Assembly (NCBI GenBank): GCA_958009085.1
Contig: OY253676.1
Location: 806,001 to 870,000 of the forward strand
DNA from: Protoeuglena noctilucae
Lineage: Eukaryota
Direction of reading: 5' to 3'
DNA: 64,000 nucleotides
Under the pieces are notes generated by a model. That model was not told the origin of the DNA, ran no database searches, and saw nothing but the letters and a program-made list of their open reading frames with translations. The translations under genes were made by a program, and so were the position numbers. Shown here piece by piece: positions 1-11,334 of the stretch. Position 1 is the stretch's first letter; every line of letters begins with the position of its first letter.

Positions 1-109
1 CAAAGTCCTTCGGCGCCACGCCAGGCAAGTAGAATCCCACGCCGGGGCGCGCCAGCAGGGCCACCGCGCTCCCTAGGAGAAGCGCGGCCGGCCACAAGCG
101 CCTCCACAT
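1..109 (-). CDS. TM9SF: Transmembrane 9 superfamily (EMP70/nonaspanin) protein, 5' end only; runs off the window
   Basis: Minus-strand ATG at 109 gives MWRRLWPAALLLGSAVALLARPGVG-FYLPGVAPKDF: a signal peptide followed by the FYLPGVAPxDF mature N-terminus typical of TM9SF2/4. Confidence 0.85.
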   Translation of the reverse strand, partial: MWRRLWPAALLLGSAVALLARPGVGFYLPGVAPKDF

Positions 110-491
110 GGCGTCACTGCCCGATGTCCTTCGCGTCTCCGCTCCTCAGTCGCAGTGCCCAATCCTCATCCCGCGGCTCCTCGACAGCGACGACTGGGCG
201 CCAAGAACGACCGCACTAAAAGCCCCAGGCGAGGGATCTCGAGCACACGAAGCTGCGGATGCGAGGAGATGCGTTGGGAGCGATTAGGGGCCCCGCTGGC
301 AGTGCCAGCCGCGCGGTGCCAGCGCAGGAGCTGCGCGGGAGCCTTCTCTCCGGCTCTCTCTGGCTCCCAGGACAACCTGAAGAACTGACGGAGCGCCTGG
401 GCTACAAGGTCTTCGTTGTTTGGCTTCCGTCGCTCCCGCCTCGAGCTCTGCGTGTCAACTGCTGAACGCAGGCCGCTGCGCGAGATCTCCC

Positions 492-1234
492 ATGGCGGAG
501 GACCGGACGACGGCCTCCACGGAGGCTTCATCGTCGAAAGTGCAGGTTGGCAACGCGCGCGCACGTGTTGGCTCATGCGCTGGGCTGCTCGGGGCTCTTG
601 CCCAGGGCGCCACGCTGGATGCTCGGCGCTGAACACGTCTGCCGTCCTCCGCAGCTCTACGTGTACGACTTGACGCACGGCATGGCGAAGCAGCTCTCTC
701 CGGCGCTTATGGGCAAGCAGATAGACGGCGTGTGGCACACGGGCGTGGTCTTTTGGGACCCGTCGGGCAAGAAGGCCACGGAGTACTTTTTCTCCGCGGG
801 CGTCCAGCGTCTTCCCGCCGGGACGACGCCTTTCGGCATTCCGCACGAGGTCATCGACCTCGGTCGCACGGAGATACCACAGGTACTAATACGCGGGGCT
901 GCATGAGACCATCAGGTCCAGAGTGTGCGCCGATGAACGTTTGCTGTATCATCTCACATGTCTTACTCACACCTCCTGCGCGGCGCAGGATATTGCCGAG
1001 GAGTACCTGCACGAGATATCCCCGCGATACACGGCCAGGACGTACAACCTGCTGAGCCACAACTGCAACCACTTCTCCGACGAGTTTGCGACCTTCTTGG
1101 TCGGCCAGGGCGTGCCGGAGCGTATCATGAGCATCCCCCAAGAGGTCATGGCAAGTCCCCTGGGCCCTCTCCTGGGCCCCGTCATTGATCAGATGCAGGC
1201 GCAACTGGGCAGCGTGGGCGGCGGTGGGTTTTGA
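492..1234 (+). CDS. DESI1: PPPDE/DeSI desumoylating isopeptidase, 3 exons (492-545, 655-882, 989-1234)
   Basis: VQ|LYVYDLTHGMA...GVWHTGVV (catalytic His)...YNLLSHNCNHFS (catalytic Cys). GT-AG introns keep the frame. Confidence 0.92.
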
Positions 1235-1542
1235 CTTGCCCGGTCGTGCTGTGGCCGCTACTGCAGCCGCTGTGGCATCCGCCCAGCTGGGTCGTCGCCA
1301 TTCACAGCGTTGACGGCCTGCTGGCCACCCTCGCAGCGCCACCAGCGGCACTGCTCGTTGCAGAGCCACGCTGGGGATGAGGCTAGGGGTGGCGCCTGCC
1401 ATCAGCAACAGTCCGTAGGCCAGCCAGCCGTACACAGACCTTCCCTCGTCTAACTCGACTGGCTTTTTCAGACGAACCCCTCCCTTGTCCACTCAACTGG
1501 CGGCTTTGTCACAAGAGCCCCACTTTAACTCGACTGGCTCTG

Positions 1543-2897
1543 TCAGAAGAACCGCCAAGGGTCGCGGTCGGGCGCCACGTAGTCCCTCGTCTCGGGAATC
1601 AGTTCGAAACTCAGCGCTGTCTCTTTGAACTTGGCCTCCACGTCCGCCCACAGCGCCTGCATGACAGAGCGAGACCCGGGGTCACATGTTAAGACAGCGT
1701 CGAGGTGCAAAGGGGCCCCTGCAGTTGTGCAAAGGGGTTCATGCAGCGGTGCAAAGGGCAAGATCGCATCGGCTGTGCCACATGGACACCCCAGGCGCCC
1801 AAGGCTCACCTGGGGGCTCTGCACGGTCAACGTGTACAGGTAGGGCTCACCTGGGGGCTCTGCACGGTCAGGGTGTAGAGGTAGGGCGTGCCGTCCTGTC
1901 CGTTGCGGACCGCCGTCATTGAGAAGGCGTGGCGGTAGGTCTCCTTCCCCGGATCCGTCAGCGTCGGCGATCCCCTCGAGACGTGCTCGTAGAGGATGTA
2001 GCTGCGGCCGCCCTTGTCCACGGTCTGCACCGCCTCCACCGAGTTGAGCGACACGCGCTGACCTGACGAGATGCGCGCTGTCGAGCGGTCGATCAGCACC
2101 GCTTCGGCGACCGTCTTCGGGTCCCACGAGGAGGGGGCGGAGCCTGCCAGGATCGGGGAGGGAGGGCCCACGGAGACAGAGAGCGTGACGGCGTCACCCA
2201 AGTCGACCAATTCGCACACGTTGCGCTGGCGCGCGTCCGCCGAGAGCGGCGCCGCCGACGAGTAGCGCTCCGGGCGCCGGGAAAAGACGAAAGGGAGGGG
2301 CTTGCCGGAGCCTGCGAGGAGCGCGGGAGGGCAAGAGGTGCGACTGCGGCGTTCGTCGCTGCCGTGCAATTGCGCTGGGATGGCACGCGAAGCAGGTGAG
2401 ATATGGAGTATGTCACCTGTGCTCTTTGGGTACGCGAACCGGTACGCGAGGATCGGGTCCTCGACCGTCGCCCAGGCCCCCTCGTCCGCCCGCACGGGCA
2501 TCGACGGCCCAGCGGAAGCGGCCAGGCCCATGAGCAGCATCCACGTCCGACGCGATGGCTTTGCGACCGCGTCAGCGTTGTCCCCAGCCTCCCCGCCTTT
2601 CCCATGAGCGCACAGCGGCTTGCTACGCCTGCGGACAATAAAGGCGCTTTGCTCGCCTGCTTGCCCAAGCCTCACTGCGACCTCTACCTCAAGCACATGC
2701 ATAAACATGCCACAACGTCGACATCGCGCTGGAACGCCGCCCGTATGCGGGCGTCCCCGTGCGCCCCGGGCCCAGGGAAGGCATGGATAGTGTCGGCACC
2801 TGAGCGGCGCGCTGGCCGGCCGTTGGAGGACCCCGCGCGACTCTGCCGTTTTAGACAGTCTTGCACTTGCGTGCGAAGCGCCCACAAGGCCTGCCAT
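1543..2897 (-). CDS. PPD7: PsbP-domain protein 7-like thylakoid lumen protein, about 4 exons
   Basis: Bipartite transit peptide with twin-Arg SRRTWMLL...VRA|DE. Contains RRPERYSSAAPLSADARQR, SVSVGPP, YRH...YLYTL and C-terminal YVAPDRDPWRFF, matching plant PPD7 motifs as I recall them. Confidence 0.85.
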
Positions 2898-3304
2898 TGC
2901 TCCTGCTTGCTATCTCACGACGAGTTCGCTTGGTGGGATCTCGAGGCCGAGTTTGAGCAATCAGAAGCAGGATCGAGGGGACCCGCAACACATCGATCGA
3001 GTTACGCAATCAGATTGAGCCATCTGCCATCGCATCGGGATGAAGGCTTCGCAGACGGTGCGGCACGCGCGGTGCCAGCAACTTTTGTGTTGTTCCCCGC
3101 CCCGCCTCTTCGCCATCTGGCCATCCGTTTGCATGACACTTCCACTGAACTGTCACCACTCTACTTCCTCGCTCAGCTCCGCTTGGAATCGCAGCCTCGC
3201 CTTCCAGCAGCAGTCGCCGACGATTTCCCCCACCAGGCTGCTGTTGGCGGAGCAAGGGCTGTTGCAGGTGGATAAGGGGTGTTAGTGGGTGGGATCGGGC
3301 CGCG

Positions 3305-5389
3305 ATGCACGCGAGCGGGGGCGGGGGAGCGCGGCCAGGGGGCCAGGGGGAACAGCGCCGCACGCTGTTCCGCCTCGAGCCCCCCGGCGAGGACGACCCG
3401 CTCGGCATCGCTTGCCGGCTCGTGGAGGACTCGTACACGAGGTTGGAAAAGATCGGCCAGGGGACCTTCGGGTGTGGCGCGGTGGCCGTGTTGCAGCGCT
3501 TTGCCGTGCTTCCTCGGCGCCGGACGCGCGCACTGGCCCCGCCGCGCGGCTCCGCGGTCAGATACATAGGAAGACAATATAACGGCACCTTCGCATGCTT
3601 CTGCAGGCACGTGTACCTGGCGCAGGACCGCGCCTCGGGCGACCTGGTGGCGCTCAAGAAGGTTAAGGTGGAGAGCGACAAGGACGGATTCCCCGTCACG
3701 GCGGTCCGCGAGATGCGCGTGCTGCAGATGATTGACCACGAGAACGTCATCCGCCTGCGGGAGGTGGTCCGGTCGCGGCCGCACCCGACCAACGCGAACC
3801 GGGGCAGCGTGTACATGGTTTTCGACTACGCGGAGTGCGACCTGGCGGCCATCATGGCCGACAAGACCATCGAGCTATCCGCCGCGCACGTCAAGGCCAT
3901 CATGTGGCAGCTCCTGCACGGCATCGCGCACTTCCATGAGGCGAGTGTCGTTTAGCAGAGAATGCGCCGTAACCCTCCCGCGCTGCAGTGTAACTACGCA
4001 TTGTGCAGGACTATTATATTGTTTCGTTTGCTTCCGCATCGCTGGCTCGCTTGCGAATGGACGAATCGCGTCGCAAACGCCCCACGTCTTGACACGTCTG
4101 CAGTACCCAAGCGCTCCCATCTTGCACCGCGATCTCAAGCTCAGCAACCTGCTGCTGACCAAGGAGGGGAAGCTGAAGATTGCGGACATGGGCCTGGCCA
4201 GGGCCCAGGACAAGAACGGCATGACCAACCGCGTCATCACCCTGTGGTACAGGCGAGGAGATTGCATGTGGTGCATTGCATATGTGTGCACTTGTTTTTA
4301 TGGTATCACTGTCAAATTCATGCTAGGAATTGATTGCACTCCCACCAGCAGCCACCTGCTCATCGCCTGCTGTCGCCACGCACGCGCACCGACCCTGCAT
4401 TTCCAACCATAACCATTAGCACTCACTCATTCACCATCCCCCCACTTTGCAGGCCCCCGGAGCTGCTGCTGGGCGCGGAGGTGTACGGCACGGAAGTGGA
4501 CATGTGGAGCGTCGGGTGCATCTTTGCCGAGCTGCTCATCGGGCAGCCGATTTTCCGGGGGAGCAACGAGGCGGAGCAGCTGGGGAAGATCACGAGAGTC
4601 ATGGGGTGCCCCACCAAGGTGTGTTATGATGATGGGGAGTGATGTTGAGACATGCTTTGCTTAGAGATGGGGGTGTTGGGTGGGGCGTCCACACTGTTTG
4701 ACTGGCCACACATGTGCCGCACCCACCTCTCCTCACCTGGCCTTTCATCAACGCAGGATACTTGGCCCAACGTGCAGCTGCTCCCCCACGCCCACTTCCT
4801 CAACGCACGGCACACCACGAACAATTTGCGAGAGCATTTGGCGTCCTTCGACCGACGGCTGCAGCCGGAGGGGGCGGAGCTGCTGGCAAAGGCGAGGGGG
4901 GTTGGGTAGTCACATACAGATCGCTCTGTGCGATGGCTTGTGGTAAGGAGAGGAGCTGCTGGCGAAGGCGAGGGGGGGTGGTGGTAGTGATGCGAGAAGT
5001 GATATGTGCGATGGCTCATGGTTGTATACGTGATGATTATCATTGGTATGCGATGCTAGTCATCACTGCGACACCCAACACACGATGTGCACAACCCCAC
5101 GACACACGATGTGCACAACCCCACGACCCCACCTACCACCCACCCTGCCCCACCCTCCCTCTCCCCGCAGCTGCTCGCCATGAACCCCGCCAAGCGCCTT
5201 TCCGCGCGAGAGGCCCTGGCTCACCCCTACTTCACCACGGGCATTAAGGCCGCCACATCATTGCCATGGAAATCGGGACTGCACGAGTTGCTCGTCAACA
5301 AGAAGGGGCACACGCATGGTGGGAAGGGGCAGGAGAGGGGTAGGGGAGAGGAGCAGGGGCAGGGGAGGGCCAAGAGGGCCAGGCATTGA
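3305..5389 (+). CDS. Cyclin-dependent kinase, CDKC/CDK9-12-like, 6 exons
   Basis: [23 protein letters not shown] (PITAIRE-like), [50 protein letters not shown]. Three introns need GC donors (3941, 4253, 4892). Confidence 0.9.
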
Positions 5390-6021
5390 GTTAGATGAGG
5401 GGTGCGTGGGTTGGTGGGGTGAGGCGATGGCAGGGAGGGGAGGTGCGTGGATGGCAGGGAGTGACATTTAGTAACAAGACAGTAGCACGTTCTATATTCG
5501 CGCCATTGCACGTGTGATGGCTTGATAAGTGGCGCATTGCTGTTGCTGCAATAGGGCAGCGTGAGAGGCGATCCATTGAAAAGGAAGCGGGCGATGGGAG
5601 TGGCGCTGTGGGCATTATTAAGGGGCCTGTGCATTGAAGAAGCAGGGCCCGACGCAGTGATATACGCTTGCAGCCACAATCGCTACATGTACACACACCA
5701 ATGCGCTCGGTGTGTGGCGGTGATAGATGCCTTGTGGGGTGCAGCAACGATATGAAGGGACTACTGGGCATGAACTGTGAAACGTGTTACAACGAGGGAA
5801 ACGTTGATAGAAAAGGGATTGCCGTTTGCCAGGCTTGCACTGGATGGCATAACAGGGGCTCGGACATGTTCATGGCTCTCTCTCTTTCCTCTCTCTCCCT
5901 CTCTCTCTCCCCATCGGCTTGCCCCTCAGATATGCTTGGGTAGTGGGTAACGTAACCCCCCTCACCACAGCCGCCGTTGAGCCCTGACGAGCTTCGGTGA
6001 TAGCACATGCGAGTACTCCCC

Positions 6022-8988
6022 TCACCACAGCCCCAGGAACTTCCACCACGCCATCCCCAGCCCCCCCCAAATGACGAAGAGATTCATGAGACCCACGATG
6101 GCCCCGCACCGAAACACCTCAGGGGCCGTGACGTAGCCGCTGCCCACGTACACCGCGCTCTGGGGGGATGGGTGGGGTGGGGGGGGGGGGGGGGGGGGGG
6201 GGGGGTAGCAGGGGTTGGGTGCAAGTGGGTGGGGTAGCAGGGGTGGGGCAGGTGGGTGGGGTGGGGTAGGAGGGGAGGGGTGGGGTTGCTGGGGTGGGGC
6301 TGGTGGAATGGGTGGGATAGGTGGGGTGGATCACTAGTGTACTAGTGATACACATGCCACTCTCCCCTCACTTGTCCCAACACATGCGCGAAATACATGC
6401 TCACCTGCCCCGACGCGTAATGCGTGACAGCCGCGTTGATGGCGCTCCCGTAGGCGAGGGCGAGCGCGGCCAGCAGCCCCGGCACCCCCGCGCCCATCAT
6501 CATGCTCAGGTAGGCGGCATAGAGGGCGCCGACGTGGGCGGTCTGGGAGGCAAACATGTAGTGCTGGAGGAAGTAGCCTGGGGGTGGGGTGGGAGTTGGG
6601 GGAGAGGTGAGAGGTGAGAGGGTGTTGTGAGGGTGATGTGAGAGGGGAGGTGAGAGCAGGCGGTCAGGGAGGCAAACATGCAGTGCTTGGTGTGCCGTCC
6701 AAGCACCACATCTCACCCACGCGCAATGCACAGAACGCCGCCATCCATCACTGCATTGTCTATATGCCGTCATTACACCAGCCATGTACGATCCCATCAC
6801 TGATAACGCATTACCAGCCAACCAATCCTCTCACCCACGTTGAGCGCGCAGAAGGCCGCGACCCAGCTCCCGCTCCTCTGCGTGATGGCGGCGCCCATCT
6901 GCCGCGCCAGGTGGGGGATGACCCCGACGGCGCTGAGGTGCGCCGCCATGCCCAACAGCAGGCCGAACCAGATTAGGTTGTCCCAGGCGGGGCGGTTGTC
7001 CTGGGATACACGGGGGTTGATCATGCGATAGTTGAAGGGGTGGCGGTACAGTTCATTGATCGTGGGCCAATGTCTGTGATATGATGTAGTACATTGTCAA
7101 AGAACGCGTCGCTCACCAGGCATTCGCTCCAGGTCAGGCTCCCCGTGAACATCAGGGTGCTGCGGGGGGGTGAAGGGTACACGGATCGCGCTCAGTGAGA
7201 TAGCAAGTGGTGCAGCACAAACGCAACACCACAAACCCAGCACTTATCCACTTGACCTACCTCACTCAACATATTAATCCTTACTTCCATCCAATCCCTG
7301 TCTCTCACCCCACCACCCACCACCCTCACCTCAAGCTGAGCATGGCCGCCGTCGTCGGCGACACCCCCACCGCGTGCCCCGCCACCCACAGCCCCAGCGT
7401 GGCCACCATCACCCCCGCCACAATGCGCTCCTTTCCCGTCATCGCGCCCATCGCCGCCAGCCTCCTCCGGGCCTCTTGCGGTGCCTCCGGGGTAGCGCCT
7501 AGCTCGGGGGGCGTGAGTTTCAAGAGGAGTAAGGGTGTGACGACCAGGCTGGTGAGGGCGGGGACGGAGGCGGCTTTGAACCAGGTGAAGAAGGGGGAGG
7601 GGATCGTGACGCCCGCCTGGGATGGGGGGGAAGGGGAGTGGTGGGTGCGTGTGTGCATGGGTGGCAGTGGGGGTGAGAGGTGGGTGAGGGTGATTGCAAT
7701 CACCAACCCCGCCATTCGCCAGCTTGAGCAAAGCATATCACAGCCATCCACCCTTCTCACCTCCCCCGCGAGCCTGACGCACAGGAATGACTGGGCGCAC
7801 GCGGTGAGGAACATGGCCGAGGACGCCACGCTGCACTGCAACTGGCACATCGTCAGAAACCTCCCCAGCCGGTGCCGCGAGGGGTGGTTGGGCATCGACC
7901 CGGCGGCTTTGGACACGGACGCGATCATGGGGTTGAACACCGCCCCAGCACGCGCGGCAGAGGATGGCATGGCGGGGGCGAGGGCGGTCTCTGCAGCGAC
8001 CAGGGCGTAGGCCAGGCCGAGGGGGGAGCGGCCGAATGCACGGACGAAGAGGCACGCGAGGCGGTCGCCAAGGCCGGAGTTCTCGACGGCTTTGGCCAGG
8101 AAGAAGCTCAGGGTGACCTGCAGGGTGGTGAGTGAAGGTGGCTGGGGTCATGGGGGGTCATCGGCTTTGGCCAGGAAGAAGCCCAGGGTAGCGCCAACAC
8201 GCAACGCCCAGGGCCCAGTAAGCCCTTGTTGCTCTCATCAGTCCCTTCCCTGCTCTGCCACGATATCTACCACAATGACCCACTCCCCTCTCTCCAGTCC
8301 TCACCAGCCAGAACGCCTCGTGCGTGAATGCGCGGAAGGTGTCAGGGAACGACGCCGACCGGGTCGCCACCGCCGCCGTCGCGCCCAGGAAAGACCACGC
8401 CGACATCGGGAGGGGCTTCAGAACCACGCCAGCGATCGTGGACGCGAAGATGCACAGCATATTCCAGCCCTGCGGGAAGGAAATTGCCGTTGTTGTGAGA
8501 ATGGATGCGGGCCCAAGCAGTTGCCACGCCTCCCGGCGCGCTCGGCTGTCGGGCCGCGCGTGGATGTCTGCGATGGATCTCACCGATTCAGAGAGCTCCG
8601 TCGGCATCGGTATGAAGAGCTTGATGGCGAGGCCGAGCGCAACGCAGAGGGCCGCGCGCGGGAGGTTGCAGGCGCCCGGCAGCCACCGCGAGGACGGCTC
8701 GACGGCCTTCACGTCGACCGACGATGCGTCATGAGTCGCTCGCACGCCTCCTGCGGCGCATCGCGCGGAGCGGCCGTTGCAGGGGGCGCCGCTATTTCGC
8801 AAGGCACGCTGAGCAGGCTCCTGGCCCCGGTGCTCGCCTTTGACCCAGCGGGGACCCGGCGATGTGTTGACATGGCCCACAGGGCGGGGAAGCGGGGGAT
8901 TGATGGCACATCGGTGCACGCGCGGGAGCGGCCCCGCCGCGTGGGGGCTAGGCGCGCTCCCCAATGTCCGAGACACCGCCGCACGCAT
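6022..8988 (-). CDS. DIT2: Plastid dicarboxylate transporter, DASS family, DiT2-like (glutamate/malate translocator), multi-exon; start uncertain
   Basis: GWNMLCIFASTIAGVVLKPLP, MPSSAARAGAVFNP, AWDNLIWFG, HYMFASQTAHVGAL, THYASGQ|SAVYVGSGYV and terminal WWKFLGLW*. ASQT.HVGAL and HY.SGQ favour DiT2 over DiT1. Confidence 0.88.
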
Positions 8989-9401
8989 CTCTGTGGGAGC
9001 CGCTGTGGGTACCGCAGTGTCACAGCCTGCTCGCGAGCGCATCGGGCACTCCAAGGACCGCGAGCACGGATGAGTCAGCCTTGCCGGTTTCTCGTATCGT
9101 CGCATCGGGCCCAAGATCACCGCCGCGGCCGCGTCGCATTGCCATCGATGAGCAGATCGGCACCTGAGACCCTTCGGACAGACGATAGCCTGCTTCAGAG
9201 ATCGGCATCCCAGCACGCGGCCCGGCCCCAGAGACGGCCGAAATCCCCCGCGAACGAGCGCAGGACAGCCGCCCTGGCCGGCGTTTCTTGGAACTATTGA
9301 GCTCCGGTCGAAGGGACGCAGCGGGGGCGGGGCCGCGGCCCAAGCGGCTCTCTCCCAGCCAGGGCTCTCTTGGGCCGGGCAGTGCGCCCGCCCAGTTCAC
9401 C

Positions 9402-10858
9402 ATGGGGGAATCCAGCACTCCTGACTCCAGGCATGAGCGCAGTAGAAGGTGCGTACGTCGAGCGGGCATCGTTTGAGGACGCGACGCGGTGCACGAGCGC
9501 ACCCTAACAAGTGGCCCGTCCGGCCCCCCCTGCGCGCCCCCGCCGAACTTGTTCGTCCCTATCGCCCGCCTCCGACGACCTCTGTCTTCTTCTCGTCGCA
9601 GTGACAGCCTATCCACGGCCACCAACACCCCGGCTGTCGAGCACGAGCACGAGCTGACACACTTGGACCGACTCCTCGCGCTCGTGCCGCCGTGGGTGTA
9701 CTTCCGCCCCCGCTCGAAGCTCGAGGTGGCGTTGACGGTTTCACTCTATGCTATCGTGTGAGTCTCGGGGCGGGCGAGTGGCTGCGCGATGGCGCACGCG
9801 CGGCTGCACAGGCACGACGCGCCTCGCCGCCCCCCGCAGGGCTGGGGTATCCATATTCCTCTTCGTCTACGTCCTGCCCCTCTTCGTGGACAAGGTTTTT
9901 ACCCCGTTCGTCGCGCGGGCGCGCAAGTCGGTCCCGCGGTATCAAATCCTGCTCCTCATCATTGGCACGCACATATTCTTCCCGCCCGTCTTCATCACCA
10001 CGACGCCCATTATATGGCTCGCCGCGTGGATGTTTTCCTTCTGGGAGGCCATCGGGCTCCTTTTCGGCTGTGAGTGGAGCTGCATGAGGCTTGCCGCTTG
10101 GCATGGCCCGCGTCGTTTGGGCAGAATGCAACATCGGATGTTGGCAATGTGCACATGCGCGTGTGGTCGGAGAGGGTTAGTACGCTTTGGTGTCAGTGCC
10201 GCTGTCCGTGTACTATGACTTTCCTAACTGCGCGTGCATGGCATGGCGATGCATCGTTCATCAGGCTCTCTACGCACCACCAACCGTGCCCCGTTCCCGA
10301 TCCCCCGCAGGCAACCTGATCAAGTTCGGCATCCCCTTCTGGATCGGCCGCAAGATTCTCCCCCACCGCATCGCCCGATGGTCCAAAAGCACGCCGCGGT
10401 TTGCGGCCGCCGTGCAAGTCATCGAGAGCCAGGGGCCGCTCAAGACGATCGTGTTGCTTCGGCTCAGCATATCGGACTACGTCGTCAACTACATCTGTTC
10501 CGCCGTGGACCCCAAGGTCATGTCGTTCACCACGTACATGCTCTGCTCGGTCCTCGCAAGCATCCCGGGCCTTTTCATCTCCGTGCTCACGGCCCGGGAG
10601 ATCGTCAACCTCAAGGACATGCTGCAGGGGAGCTTCAGCAAGCTGAGCCGAGCCCAGATTGCGAGCACGGTCCTCAGTTACTCGGCGGCGGGCGTCATTG
10701 CGCTCTGGGCCCTCATCTTCGGCCGGCGGCACTACGCGGCCGCCCTGCGCAAGCTGCGGGAGCAGCAGCAGCGCGACGCGGCCGAGGCGGACGACGCTGC
10801 TGCCCAGGAGGAGGAGGGAAGCAAGCGGGGAGGGGTGGCGTCCGTAGCGGGCGCATAG
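9402..10858 (+). CDS. VTT/SNARE-associated Golgi (TVP38/TMEM64/DedA) family membrane protein, 4 exons
   Basis: Hydrophobic helices with FFPPVFITTTPIIWLAAWMFSFWEAIG, GNLIKFGIPFWIGR, LKTIVLLRLS, VVNYICSA and FTTYMLCSVLASIPG. Confidence 0.78.
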
Positions 10859-11334
10859 GTTGCGAGGGCCTTGCGGCCTGGGAAATTGGCTGCCTGGGAT
10901 AGGGGAGGCCTGGGGGCTTGCCACAACAATCTAGCAACAACACAGTGCCATGTACTCACGCTCAGCTAGTCTCAATAGCGCGGTCAATGCGAGAGGTTTC
11001 TTGCAGTCGGAAAACGGCAGAAACGGCCGGCTACAGCTACCCGCCTGCAGCAATGCGTTGTGTTTTGTTAAACATCCATCGCCGGGGCCCCGTTCCAGAC
11101 TTCTGCGGTCAAAAAGAAGCGGTCTGGCCCCGGCAGCGCGCCCTCGCTGGTGATATTGGTAGACATCGTTACGCTGAGGCATGGGGCTCTACAGGATGGA
11201 TCCGGGCGCGGCAGGGGCGCCGGGGGAGGACGATTTTAACATGGCCGGGTGAGCTCCAAACGCCCGGGATCGGCGTTTGCATGCGGCAGCCGGGGCGGCC
11301 GGCCCCGTTGGCCCACGACCACGTTACGACGTCG

